A DNA stretch of 64,000 nt from NCBI RefSeq assembly GCF_018350175.1, contig NC_058368.1, forward strand, positions 39,124,001-39,188,000. The letters are read 5' to 3'. Below are positions 1 through 11,935 of this stretch, piece by piece. The notes beneath the pieces were generated by a model, which did no database searches, was not told the DNA's origin, and was given only the letters and a program-made list of their open reading frames with translations. Source of the stretch: Felis catus. Taxonomy: Eukaryota. Within the stretch, counting starts at the first letter, position 1, and each line of letters starts with the position of its first letter. Position numbers and translations under genes: made by a program.

Positions 1-662
1 GCATTAAGAAACTATGCATACCCAAATCATTTCAGCATTGCATATCATTTCTTTCAGAGATAAAATTCTCTGTAGTGTTGAAAGATACTAGTGACCAAAC
101 TGCCTAAATATTGTTCAGCTTTAACTTCTGTCTAATCATGTCCTAATCACAGCAATGATGAGTCATCTTAAATGCTGCAGAGTTTAAGTATTTAAAGACA
201 GATGAGTTCATGAATTCATTTAAGAACATAGAGTTGTTCAACAGGTGTATGAAAAGGTGTTGAATATCACAAATCATCAGGGAAATGCAAAGAAAAACCC
301 CAGTGAGATATCACCTCACACATGTTTGGATGGTTGTTGTCAAAAGGACAAGAGATAACAAGTGTTGTTGAGGGTACAGAGAAATAGAAACCCTTGTGCA
401 CTGTTGATGTGGGAATGTAAAGTGGTATAGCCATTATGAAAAAACAAGATGGTGGTTCCTCAAAAAATTAAAAATAGAGCTACCATATGATTTAGCAACC
501 CTATTTCCCAGGATATATCCAAAGGAAGTGAAATCGAGGCCTTGAAGAGATATCTGCAACCTCCATCTTTATTGCAGCATTACTAATAATAGCCACGATA
601 TAAAAGCAACCTAAGTGTCTGCTGGTGGATGAATGGGTAAAGAATATGTGAATATTCTTTAG

Positions 663-772
663 AATATATATATAGAATATATATATATATATTCTAAATA
701 TATATATATATATATATCTAAATATATACATATATATTTATGTGTGTGTGTGTATATATATATATATGTGTA
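663..772. repeat. Imperfect (TA)n/(TG)n microsatellite
   Basis: Direct reading. Confidence 0.9.
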
Positions 773-802
773 TTATTTCAGTCATAAAAATGAAGGAAAT
801 TC

Positions 803-1177
803 TGTGGTAGAGGTAGAGCCCCTCCCTAAGGAATGTGGTAGAGGCCTTCTCAGAACAAAGAAAGGCAGTGTGGCCCAATTAACTCCTATACATGGTTGCG
901 TAGCCCTGACTCTGTAACTTGGACTGTGTCCAGTCAGACTGTATGTTTGTATGGGACATTCCTCAGGACTCTGTAACATAGACTGCCCAATCATAACTGT
1001 ATGTCTTTATGTTACCATGTATGGGAGACAAAGAAGTAGAAATTTTATGAAAGGCTGCTGCACTCGGGGGACAGCCTTTTGGGTCTTAGCCCTCTGAACC
1101 AAGGTAGCATGAATAAAGCTGCTTCCTGGAAAGAAAGGCCCTGGTGTCCCATCCCTCTGTGCGAGAGTCCTGCTATG
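803..1177 (+). mobile_element. ERV solo LTR inserted in the old L1
   Basis: Begins TGTGGTAG, ends TGCTATG (decayed CA end), AATAAA at 1112-1117; host L1 sequence resumes across it (AAGGAAATTC|...TTTTACCAATTGTGAC). Confidence 0.78.
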
Positions 1178-1524
1178 GTTTTACCAATTGTGACGATATG
1201 GATAAACCTGGAGGACATTATGCTAAATGAGATAAGCTAGACACAGACAAATCCTGCATGATCTCACTTCTATGTGAAATATAAAAAAAGTCAGACTCAC
1301 AGAAGCAGACAGTAGAATGGTGGCTGCCAGGGACTCCAGGGTAGCAGAACTAGGGAGATGTTGCTCAAAGGATATAAGAAATAAGTTCTGGGGATCTAGT
1401 GTATAGCATGGTGACTAAAGTTAATAACAATATAGTTGATAATAAAGTTACAGCAATATAGTTAATAATAAAATATACTTTATAGTATAATATTGTTAAT
1501 AATATAGTTAATGTTAAAGTTACA

Positions 1525-1741
1525 GGGGGGTCTGGGGGCTCAGTCAGTTGAGCGTCTGAGTTCAGCTCAGGTCATGATCTTGCAGTTTGTGGGTTCGAGC
1601 CCCGCGTTGGGCTCTGTGCTGACAGCTCGGAGCCTGGAGCCTGCTTCAGATTCTATGTCTCCTCCTCTCTCTGCCCTCCCGTGCTCATGCTTTGTCTTTC
1701 TCTGTCTCTCAGTAATAAATAAACATTAAGAAAAAAATTTT
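1525..1741 (+). mobile_element. Can-SINE
   Basis: tRNA-like head with GGTTCGAGCCC B-box, CT-rich region, AATAAA tail; TSD ~TAAAGTTACA. Confidence 0.95.
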
Positions 1742-2175
1742 TAAGTTACAATAATATAGTTAACAGCATAGATAATATCATTAACACTTTGTAGTTTGCT
1801 TGAAATTTGCTAATGTAGTAGATCTTAAGTGTTCTCACTCCCCAAAAAACTACCCACCTACACCCATCTATCTATATATATGTATATATACATACATACC
1901 AAAAAGGCAACTAGATGAGGTGATGGATGTATTAATTAGCTTGATGGTGGTAATGATTTTACAGTGTATGTGTATTAAACCATGTTGCATACCTTAAATA
2001 TACACAGTTTGCATTTGTCATTTATACCTAAGTAAAGCTGGGGATAAAAAGAACATAGAGCTTTTATTTTATCATCTGGTTTTGTATCTTTAAAAGTCAT
2101 TTAGAGGAGTATAATGAATTATAATTTTTAAAAAATTTTTCTTTCTCCATTGTATACATGTGGAGATCTATACAT

Positions 2176-2575
2176 CAGAGATTGGCACACTTTTTACTTA
2201 CAAGGCCAAATAGTGAATAGTTTAAATACAAGGCTGTTCAGTCTCTGTTGCAACTACATAACTGTCCTTATTAAAAAAAAAAAATGCAGCCATAGACAAT
2301 TTGTAAGTGCATAAATGGGCATAACTTTGTTCCATTAAAACTGTATATATAGGGACACCTGGGTGGCTCAGTCAGTTCAGCATCTGACTTCAGCTCAGGT
2401 CATGATCTCACCCATTGGGGGGCTCTTTGCTTATCAGCACAGAGCCTATTTCAGATCCTCAGTCCCCCTCTTTCTGCCCCTCCTCTGCTTGTGCTTTCTC
2501 AAAAATAAATAAAAACAAAAAAAAGCTTTGTATACAAAAGCAGGAAACTGGTCTGTGGCCCATAGTTTGCTAATC
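2176..2575 (-). mobile_element. hAT-Charlie MITE (MER58A-like), interrupted by a SINE
   Basis: CAGTCTCTGTTGCAACTAC, GCAGCCATAGACAAT, GTTCCATTAAAAC, GGCCCATAGTTTGC match recalled MER58A antisense. Confidence 0.8.
2352..2524 (+). mobile_element. Can-SINE (internally deleted)
   Basis: GGGACACCTGGGTGGCTCAG head, A-tail. Confidence 0.92.
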
Positions 2576-3476
2576 AATTTGTTTTCACTAGATCAGTGTC
2601 TCTGGACTCTCCAGCTCTTCTTTTAACTCTGAAGATGAATGCTTATCCTTAAGTATCAAAATCAGGCCTTCAGGCCTTCTACCCATGTTATTTGTATTTA
2701 GCATTATTTATTCCCCTAGATCTAATTGCCTAACACTGACCCTTTTATTATTATGTGGTAGCTTTCTTTAGCCCATCTCTTTGATAGGAGAGATAAATTG
2801 CTGGAATCCCTGAGTGTTCTTGCACATTCTTACTGGTAAAGCCAAAAATGCAAGGTCCTATCTTAAGGGAAGAAGTTATGTGTATGCCCAGATAAAGAGC
2901 TGGTTTTCTTGAACTTACTAGAAAAGTGATGATTCCAGAAGCTCAGTGCTCCTTTCCTGTGGTAGAAATCTACAGTGTGTGCAGACATTCACAGTGTGGT
3001 TTTGCATGGCTCTTCAAAGAGTGTGGGTAACTGACGCTAATCAGCACCCATGAAACAGGAATAGGTTAGCTTTTGAAAAGATAAAATCTCAGACCCTGCA
3101 CAGTTCTTGACAGTTTTGGTGACCTAGACCTTAGGAGAGAATGGATGGAGAGTATAGGAGAAGACTGCCCAGAATCAATAGTATTATCAGTCAAGTGTAG
3201 GGAGTGAGAAGGGCTGAGTGAGTGTCTTCCACTGTCCTATCTGTTCATGCGTGTTTAGAGGCTAAGAAGGGAGAGGTAGAACTGAAATCCACCTCCTGAA
3301 TGGCTGTTATTCCCTCTCTGGTTGTTACTTACTCTCCTTGGGAAGAAAGGAGGAAAGGATGCTACATTAACATTGGACTGAAGCCACAAAGTAAGGATAA
3401 CATGGGTATGGCTGCTGAGTCAGAAGTTCCCTAAAGTTAGTCATTGCGTCAGCAGTAATGGTAGCTTTGAATGGAT

Positions 3477-3500
3477 AAACAAACAAACAAACAAACAAAC
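3477..3500. repeat. (AAAC)n microsatellite
   Basis: Six AAAC units. Confidence 0.9.
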
Positions 3501-3621
3501 ATTAATGTCATGTCCATTTGTAGAGCCTCATTGTGCAGCCACTTGCACCAGAGAGTACACATAAATTCTTAATCACTGTAGCTAAGTCTAATTATAAATA
3601 TAAGATGATAAAGGTGTCTAG

Positions 3622-4246
3622 TGTGTTAGTCAGCTAGAGCTTTCACAACAAAATACCACAGACTGGGTGGCTTAAATAACAGAAATTGATTGTCTCACAG
3701 TTCTGGATGCCAGAAGTTGAAGATCAAAGTGCTGTCAGGATTGATTTCAGGTGAGGGCTCTCTTTCTGGCTTACAGGTAATTAACTTTGCACTGTATTCT
3801 CACATAGCCTTTCCTCTCTGTGTATGAGGACAAAGAGCTCTCTGGTATCTCCTCATCTTCTTAAAAGTATACCAGTCCTATTGGATTAGGGCCCACCCTT
3901 ATCACCTCATTTACTTCAATTTCTCCTTAAAGGTTCTAACTTGAGGGGCGCCTGGGTGGCTCAGTTGGTTAAGCATCTGAATTCAGCTCAGGTCATGATC
4001 TCACGATTCATGAGTACCATCCCCACGTCAGGCTCTGTGCTGACAGCTTGGAGCCTGGAGTCTGTTTGGGATTCACTGTGTCTCCCTCTCTCTCTGTCCC
4101 TCTTTCTCTTTCTCTCTCTCTCAAAAATAATAAACATTAAAAATTTATTTAAAAAAAGGCCCTACCTTGAAATACATATTGAGGGCTAGGGTTTCAACAT
4201 ATGAATTGGGTGGGTGGGATAGGGAGATGATATTCAGTCTGTAACA
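3622..4246 (-). mobile_element. MaLR solo LTR (MLT1A-like), interrupted by a SINE
   Basis: TGTGTTAGT...AAAATACCACAGACTGGGTGGCTTAAA...GTAACA; 5-bp TSD TCTAG / TCCAG. Confidence 0.88.
3945..4155 (+). mobile_element. Can-SINE
   Basis: GGGGCGCCTGGGTGGCTCAG head; imperfect TSD AAAGGTTCTAACTTGA / AAAGGCCCTACCTTGA. Confidence 0.95.
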
Positions 4247-4816
4247 TCCAGATACAAAATTCATTTACCAAAAAAAATATGTATATATATTATCTGTAAT
4301 TGTGCTCATTAGGTAAACCACAACCCTGGCTAAATTCAGCTTTTTGCCATTCCCATGCTGTCCAACCCAAATGTGCATGGCTAGTAACAAAACAAAAAAA
4401 CAAAAACAAAACAACCCCCAAAAAAACAAAAAAACCCCACGCACATACAATTATGTGAGCAGTTTTCACTTTATGATCTGTAATATTAAATAGATCTATA
4501 ATGCTGCCCAATACTCTTACTCTATTTTCTCAGTCCATAATCTCTCATTGTATAAATTTTGTCCCTTATTCCTTCAAATTCTGAAATCCTTTCTTCCATT
4601 TAAAATTCCAGGTGAAAACCTTGGTTCCTAATTTACAGAAAAATTAATTTATTAGAGGTATTTATCTTCATGTGGGGTTATAAACTTGCCTGTCGTTCCT
4701 GTTTGCTATTGTGGATTACAGCTTTGAGATTTTAGACATGACCAACCTTTCCAACTGTTTACTAGATTTTCTCTCCTCTTGCTTTATCCCCAGAAATTCC
4801 CCCATGTCTTTTAAAT

Positions 4817-5027
4817 TTTTTTTTCAACGTTTATTTATTTTTGGGACAGAGAGAGACAGAGCATGAACGGGGGAGGGGCAGAGAGAGAGGGAGACACAGA
4901 ATCAGAAACAGGCTCCAGGCTCCGAGCCATCAGCCCAGAGCCCGACGCGGGGCTCGAACTCACGGACCGCGAGATCGTGACCTGGCTGAAGTCGGACGCT
5001 CAACCGACTGCGCCACCCAGGCGCCCC
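4817..5027 (-). mobile_element. Young Can-SINE (SINEC_Fc type)
   Basis: CpGs intact; TSD CCCCATGTCTTTTAAAT at 4800-4816 and 5029-5045. Confidence 0.97.
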
Positions 5028-5199
5028 ACCCCATGTCTTTTAAATATCTTATGTATTTTTTTCTTTCTATACTGAATTGTATTATTTTGTGCACAAAGAT
5101 AACCTCTTTTGTCTCTGCCTCACCTCCAACTATCCACTTATTTCTGTCATTCCTACTTGAAAGTTTTGTCTAAACTGGTCTTTAATTCATTAAAATATA

Positions 5200-6460
5200 T
5201 TTCATCCTCAACATGCTATCCAAACAGCTCTGATCAAGGTCACCAATTACCTCCACTTTGTTAAAAGGAATGGTAATTGCTCTGCTGTTATCCTTCTTGA
5301 ACTATCTGTAAGTATTTGGAATAACCAATTATTTTTCCTTCGTGAATAATGTATTTCTTTGACTTCCTGGGCAGCTCATTTTCTGCCTACATTTATGACT
5401 TCATTTTGGTGACCCTTCTATTTCCTCTTCATTTCTCCCAAATGTAAATGTTGGCATCACCCTAGCAATCAGCCCTGAGATCATTTTTCTATCTTCACTC
5501 ACTTATGCAGCCTCCTGGTTTGAAACTCTTACCAATGTGCTGATGACTCCAACCTTCTGAACTCCTGTGCACTGCAAATCAGTATATCTAACTACCTATT
5601 GACAGTTCTCTGTGGATGCCCAGTGGGAATCTCAAACACAGCGGGCCTAAATCTGAGCTTCTGTGATGTGTCTCTGACCCTGTTTCTCCTGCGATCGTCA
5701 ATCATCACAGCTATTGGTGACATCATTCTCCTAATTGTTCATACCTATACTTGGGTTTTCCCTTTGGTTTTCCCTTTTCTTTACTTCATACATTCTGTCT
5801 TTCAGCAAATCCTATAGTTGTTATCTTTAAAATATATCCAGAATTTGACTTCTTCTTATCAACCCCACTGCTATTACCCTTACTTAAACCACCACCTTCA
5901 CCTGTAAAGACTGTTTTAATCACATTATGATTCTCTCCCTGTTTTTACTCATACTGCCTTAAATTTCTTCTCCATATAGCAGCCATGTTGATCTTCTTAA
6001 AATAGAAATTATATTTTGCTGCTCCTCTGCTCAGAGCACTCTATTGGCTTCCCATTTCTTTCAGAGGGAAAGCATTACATAATTATGACCCCCCGACCCC
6101 ACCCTACTGGTTAGAGCACATTACCTTCTGGCTCCGTATGGTCAGCCACATGAGTTTTCTTAATGTTCCTCAAACTTCCCAGAAATCACGTTGCCCATAC
6201 TTGTTCTTTAGTCTTCCTAGAACAGCCTTCTCTTGATAAATAGATGGCATTTAATCAGTTCTTTTTGAAAAATTCACATTGTCTCAGTCAAGCATTTTCA
6301 CTGCAATATGTATTTCTTCTTTTACTGTCTGTTGCCCTGACCAAATGTTGTCTGAGTGAAGAAATGTTTATCTGTTTTGTTCCCTGCTTTATCTCTAGTG
6401 CCTGGAATGAGACCTAGAACATAATACATGTGTAAAACTAATTTTTGAATAAATAACTTC
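5200..6460. mobile_element. L2 LINE remnant
   Basis: Degenerate L2 motifs (ATGTGCTGATGACTCC, CAGCAAATCCT, AAAATATATCCAGAAT, CTCTAGTGCCTGGAA...CCTAGAACATAAT). Confidence 0.7.
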
Positions 6461-7149
6461 ATATGCAACATACCAGAAAATATTAACACATAATAACATT
6501 TTTAATGGCAAGAAAATAATGCCTAAAAGTAATACTGATATGTATGAAAAATCTATATGAAGGAATCTGAAAATGTCTTATTGTCATAGAAGAAAATTTG
6601 AATTAATTTATATTATACTTCTGTAAAATTTCAATATTAAAAAACCCTATTTTCTCTAAGGTAATGTAAAAGTTTCATATGATCTCAAAAAAATGATGAG
6701 GAGGTTTTATATTTGGAACTAGAGATACTCATTTTGATATTAATTTGGGAGAACAAACAAGAATGACCATTGAATTCTTTAAAAAGATAGTAATAAAGAT
6801 GTACAAACACTGATTAATATTAAAATTTGTTTCAGTATCTGGGATAGTATGGTAATGGGACATGAAGTGAATTACAAATCAATGGAAGAAAATTAAGATG
6901 TGAAATAAAATCAAATAGACGGACCTGTGAAGTGTTTGATATTGATCTTTAACAAGATATACAGCATGCTGACTACTTAGTTCTGTTAATATATTTTTTC
7001 CATAGCAAGATTTCTCAGTGGAGGGAACAGGACATTGCACTACATTCTGGTGCACACTCCTTAATTTGTTACATACCTATAGCAAAGAGTACATGGACCT
7101 GCTGTTTTGAGTAACAGTGTTTCAGAGTATTTACTCATCCTGCTTTGGA

Positions 7150-8150
7150 GTATATTTTTATGTACTTTAACAGCTCTTTGAAGTATAATTGACACATAAA
7201 AAAACTGCACACATTTATAGCCTTCAATTTGATAAGAGTTGTTACATATTCACATTTGTGAAACTACCATCACAGTCAAACTTATGAACATATCCATTAC
7301 CCCTCAAATTTTCCTTCCTTATGCCCCTTTGTTACATTTCTTTCCCATTCCTGCATCTTCGGTCAGCCATTAATCTACTTTCCGAATGGTTTGCATTTCA
7401 GAGAAAATGATATAAGTGAAAGTATATACAGTGTATATACTTCTTTATATTTTGTCTGGTTTCTTTCCTCAGCATCATTACTTTCAGGTACAACAATGCT
7501 ATTAGGATGTATATAATATTTGTCTCCATGTATTGCTGAATACCATCTCATTTTATGTGTTAGTAGAGATTTAAGGATATTTGGATTGTTTCTAATTTTT
7601 TATTAATACAAATGAAACTACTATGAATACCCATGTAAATGTCTTTATATACACATCTGGTGGAAATGTATAATGACACAGTTTTTTTGTTTATTTTAAT
7701 TTTTTTAAGTTTATTTATTTATTTTGAGAAGGAAAGAGAGAGAGCACAAGCAGGGGAGAGACATAGAGAGAGGGAGAGAGTTCACATTGAGTTGGATACT
7801 TAACCAACTAAGCCACCCAGGCAACCTGACACAAACATTTTGAAAAATGTTTGCCAATTTCTTTAAATAAGTTAAATATATATCTACATATGATGTAATT
7901 ATTATGCAGCCAGGTATTTACCCATAGAAAATTAAAGCGTATGTTCATGCATATCACTTTTGATAGAAGTACACCAATTCCAATATTTTATCCTTATAGA
8001 TAACACTCATAAATGTAAATAATGTGTGTACAAGAATATTCAATGCAGCTCTGTACTTAGCAGAAAATTAGAAATTAAAGCTAGAAAACTGTGTGCCTAT
8101 TGGCAAAGAAAAAATAATTTGGGGTACAAAAGTAAAAGAAATGTTATGCA
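7150..8150. mobile_element. Old L1 3' fragments (antisense then sense)
   Basis: GAAGTATAATTGACACATAAAAAACTGCACACATTTA (antisense L1 end); CAGGTATTTACCCATAGAAAATTAAAGC (sense). Confidence 0.6.
7683..7827 (-). mobile_element. Can-SINE (internally deleted)
   Basis: T-tail, GA-rich region, AGCCACCCAGGC head; flanking TGACACA repeat. Confidence 0.85.
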
Positions 8151-10425
8151 TTCAAACTGACTAAAAATATTTTTATCTCTAATGTTTATTTTAATATTTA
8201 ATTTAATTTTATTTCTTATACTTCTATATTTTTATATAAGAATTTCCAAAATATGTGAAGGGTTTAGCACAGTGTGTTAAATAATGAATAAAAACTAGTA
8301 AACAATTTTGGTGGGTTAAAAGGTTATATTTTAGTAGTAAATTTATTTTTCATTGTTTTGGTAAACAAGGTCTACCCAGAGTGCATACTTCCATGGATTT
8401 ACAGTAGATCTTCTTTATGCCTAAGTTTCATTATAAAGGACTTATTTTGGCACTTCAACAGCAAAACTATAAGAAAAGATGCAGTGAAGAATTTCCTTCC
8501 GTATGTGTGTATGTGTGTATATAATGTTAGATGGATTAATAGTAAGATGTCTCTTCATTTATTCACTATAATATTATAGTACCCTTCCAGTAGAAAATTG
8601 AACACAGATATTCATTAGTGTTTCTATTTTTTTGTAGTTAAAAGGAAGATTAACCAATAATCATCAGATTTTAATTATTCTAGAAAGGGTCTGAGAAAAA
8701 TATTTATTTTCTGAATGATTTCAAGGAAGCAAATGTTTTAAAAATGTGAACTTTTCAAATTTTAAGTAAGCCTATTTTTTTAGAATTAATATTTTATAAT
8801 TTCAACACAAGTATAAAAATGCAACAACATTTAAATAGTTTCTATTTTAAAGCAGTTGTAGATTAAAATTCATTACATGTGATATAGTAACACTAAGATT
8901 TCGGAGTGTAGTTTTAAATTCTATTTTACTTTGTATTGACAATAATTTACAGGGGAAATCTGCCAATTTTGGCAATTCTAAAAAATCACATTATTTCGAA
9001 TGTTACATTTTCAATTAAATTCAAAGCAATGTGCTTATTATTTGCTTACAAATTGAAAATAGTATCTCTTCAAGAGATTGTGGAAAGATGGGCTAACCTT
9101 TATACCAAGGCTTAGTGTGAAATCATTGTTTTGTAATGGACTCTAAAAATCAGAAATCAGAAATTCAGTGTCATGCTGATATATTGTCATGAACTAACAG
9201 AAATCTGCTGAATTACAGCACCATTAGCCATAGCACCTGTTTTACTTCCTATAAGATTTCTTTTTAACAAATAACTCTCCATCTTTTCCAATGTTTAGAA
9301 TTCTAAAATACTGAAATAAATAACTGAATTTTATGACTCCGAATGGGACAATTTGGGCGTTAATTTATAGTATTTTATAGTATGAAGAAACATCTATTGA
9401 TTAGCTATTTCTTCTTATGCTATTATGCAGCAAGTCCAGTGGCATTTGTTCCGATTTATTAATAATGTGCTTTGGGTCTAAAATGGTAAAATGAGTTGGC
9501 TAAATCTATCAGTGAATTAGCCAAGCTCTGAGGTTTAGGACTCAGATAACCAGTTCACAGCCTTAGCTTGGCTAAGTCCATTAAACAGCCACATTTGCTA
9601 GGTCAAGCAAATAATACTTTCACATCAGCAGAAATTAGTTCTAATAGTAGGAAAAATAATCTCTGAAAATAGATTTGCAGGACTCATCCATTTTTATACA
9701 TTATAGACTTGCCAACTCAGACAAAACATAATGTTTGAAAATGCATGTACATGAGAACATAAACCATCATCCATCTCTAATATTTACTAGATTCCTAAAA
9801 TGAGGATGGTTTACTAATATTTTAATATGCCAAAATGTGGAGACTTTTAAATTATGTGTGACAGTGAGTGTAACATACCTTTAATAGTCAATAAAAGTTT
9901 AAAAAGTGAACATGCTGAAAGAGCATTTAGCTGATTTCTCAGTCTTTGAAGAAAGACTGTCTCAAGGCGGGAGGGGGAGGACCAAAGTGAAGAAATAGGA
10001 AGCACTGCCTAAAGAGGGAAATTTTTTTCACAAGGGACTCAGATTCCCTTGCAATTTGAAAAACATCCTTTTAAAATCTCTTTATAAGACAGATTTTCCA
10101 AGTGTCAGTAAACCTTTCATTTGAAATGTAAGTGAAAAACAGAAATCAACAAAACTGGGTAGTTAGGATAGAAAAACATCCAGGAGGATAGCATGAAGAC
10201 AATGCACTGCTTGGAGAATGCGTTGTCTCAAAATAAAAAGTGTAAAGAAGGATTATCAAATGAATTGTATGTAAATGAGTAAGAATGATTCAGAAAGAGA
10301 GGAGAAAAGAAATGTAGCTTAAAAAATCTTGCAGACAATGAAGAACAAGCCTACTGATGATAACTACTAAACACAGAGCAACTTGGAAAGAGATCTGCAA
10401 TTTTCTTATAAAATGCATTTACAAA

Positions 10426-10592
10426 AGGGGCCCCTGGGTGGCTTAGTCGGTTAAGCGGCTGACTTTGGCTCAGGTCATGATCTCATGGCTCTTGAGTTCA
10501 AGCCCCACTTTGGGCTCTGTGCCGACAGCTCAGAGCCTGGAGCCTGCTCACATTCTGTGTCCTCTCTCTCTGCTCCTCCCCTGCTCACGTTC

Positions 10593-10659
<67 letters not shown>

Positions 10660-10685
10660 AATACAAATAAACATTAAAAAAATTA
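10426..10685 (+). mobile_element. Can-SINE with long (CT)n
   Basis: TSD AAAATGCATTTACAAA / AAAATGCACTTACAAA. Confidence 0.95.
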
Positions 10686-10960
10686 AAAATGCACTTACAA
10701 ATCTTACAACATGGCAGATAAAGATAATGGGACTTAGATGTGTCTCTTATAGCTACTCTGTGTTTGCAATATATGATACATACCAAAGTGAAGGGCTTGA
10801 TGTTTAAAAGTAATAACCTTTAATATATCTTACGATATATAGACTAAAAGTAAATAATATCTGTTTTAAGTGTTTTTCAATTCTGGTTATACTTTTATAC
10901 ACACATTTATGTTGATACATTACAAAGGAAATAATTCTGGAAGCACATAGAGGCATTGAT

Positions 10961-11004
10961 TATATCAGAAACATCCAAAATTTACATCAGAAACATCTGA
11001 AATT
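10961..11004. repeat. 22-bp tandem duplication
   Basis: TATATCAGAAACATCCAAAATT / TACATCAGAAACATCTGAAATT. Confidence 0.8.
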
Positions 11005-11048
11005 GGTGAACTAACACCTCCTTAGTTACTACACTTAATAGTAGGTGA

Positions 11049-11250
11049 GGGACACCTGGGTGGCTTAGTCTGTTAACTGTCTAGTTCTTGATTTTGGCTC
11101 AGGTCATGATCTCATGGGCTCAAGGGCTCAAACCCTGGTTGGGGCTCTGCACTAACAGAACAGAGCCTACTTGGGATTCTCTCTGCCTGTCTGCCCACCC
11201 CCCCAAATAAACATTTAAAAAAGGAAAAAGAAAATAATAGAAAAAGAAAA
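11049..11250 (+). mobile_element. Can-SINE
   Basis: GGGACACCTGGGTGGCTTAG head, A-rich tail. Confidence 0.92.
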
Positions 11251-11737
11251 TAGCACAATGCATATTTTCTAGGTAGGAGGTATTTTTTAAATAGAATAAG
11301 TATCTAAATTTCAATATGTATAGCACATGCCTCAACATATAAACACATAATAAATGTAAAACAAATTGTGTTAGGTTGTATGTATATTACAAAAGCCAGT
11401 GAGGCATTCCGAGATTGTGACTTCAGTGTATCACTCATCCTAATCTCTGTGTTTAGTGGAAATCCAAATGTGTTTGATGTCATGCATTAAAAGAAGCACT
11501 TATTGTTTTTGTGAACAGTGGTGGTACATTTTATCATATAAATGACTTATTGGTGATTACATATAATATTCATCAATTCTGAGACAAAAAATATCTCAAA
11601 TTTTAAAATATCTGAAATCACGAAGTTCAAAGTATATGGCATTTTAGCATTCTATCATATTAAGCAACCTGATAACTTGAAAATAAATATCTTTGTGGCG
11701 TATAAAAGGAAGATGTGTTTTTAAAAAATAGATCTTG

Positions 11738-11935
11738 AGGCACCTGGGTGGCTCAGTCAGTTGAGTGTCTGGCTCTTGGTTTCGGCTCAGGTCATGATCT
11801 CACCATTTTGTGAATTCGAGCCCTGTGTTGGGCTCGGTGCTGGCAGCACAGAGCCTGCTTGGGATTCTCTCTCTCCCTCTCTGTCTCCCCCTCCTCCATC
11901 ATGCTATCTCTCTCTCCAAATAAATAAATAAACAT
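11738..11935 (+). mobile_element. Can-SINE
   Basis: TSD AAAAATAGATCTT / AAAAATGGATCTT. Confidence 0.95.

Larger units (their letters stand above)
215..2045 (+). mobile_element. Old L1 (L1MA-like) ORF2 end and 3'UTR, interrupted by a microsatellite, an LTR and a SINE
   Basis: Degenerate L1 3' sequence (AATCATCAGGGAAATGCAA, AAAATAGAGCTACCATATGA, GAGGACATTATGCTAAATGA, GTAGATCTTAAGTGTTCTCAC). Confidence 0.88.

Noticed and set aside
2955..3470. Possible ancient LTR with a PBS-like end (TTGCGTCAGCAGT)
   Set aside because: Termini and TSD cannot be defined and I cannot assign a family by eye.
4841..5173. Recurrent short ORFs such as MGQRETEHERGRGRERG... (also 20954, 54076, 51739 and similar)
   Set aside because: These are translations of Can-SINE sequence; their recurrence reflects the repeat, not a gene family.
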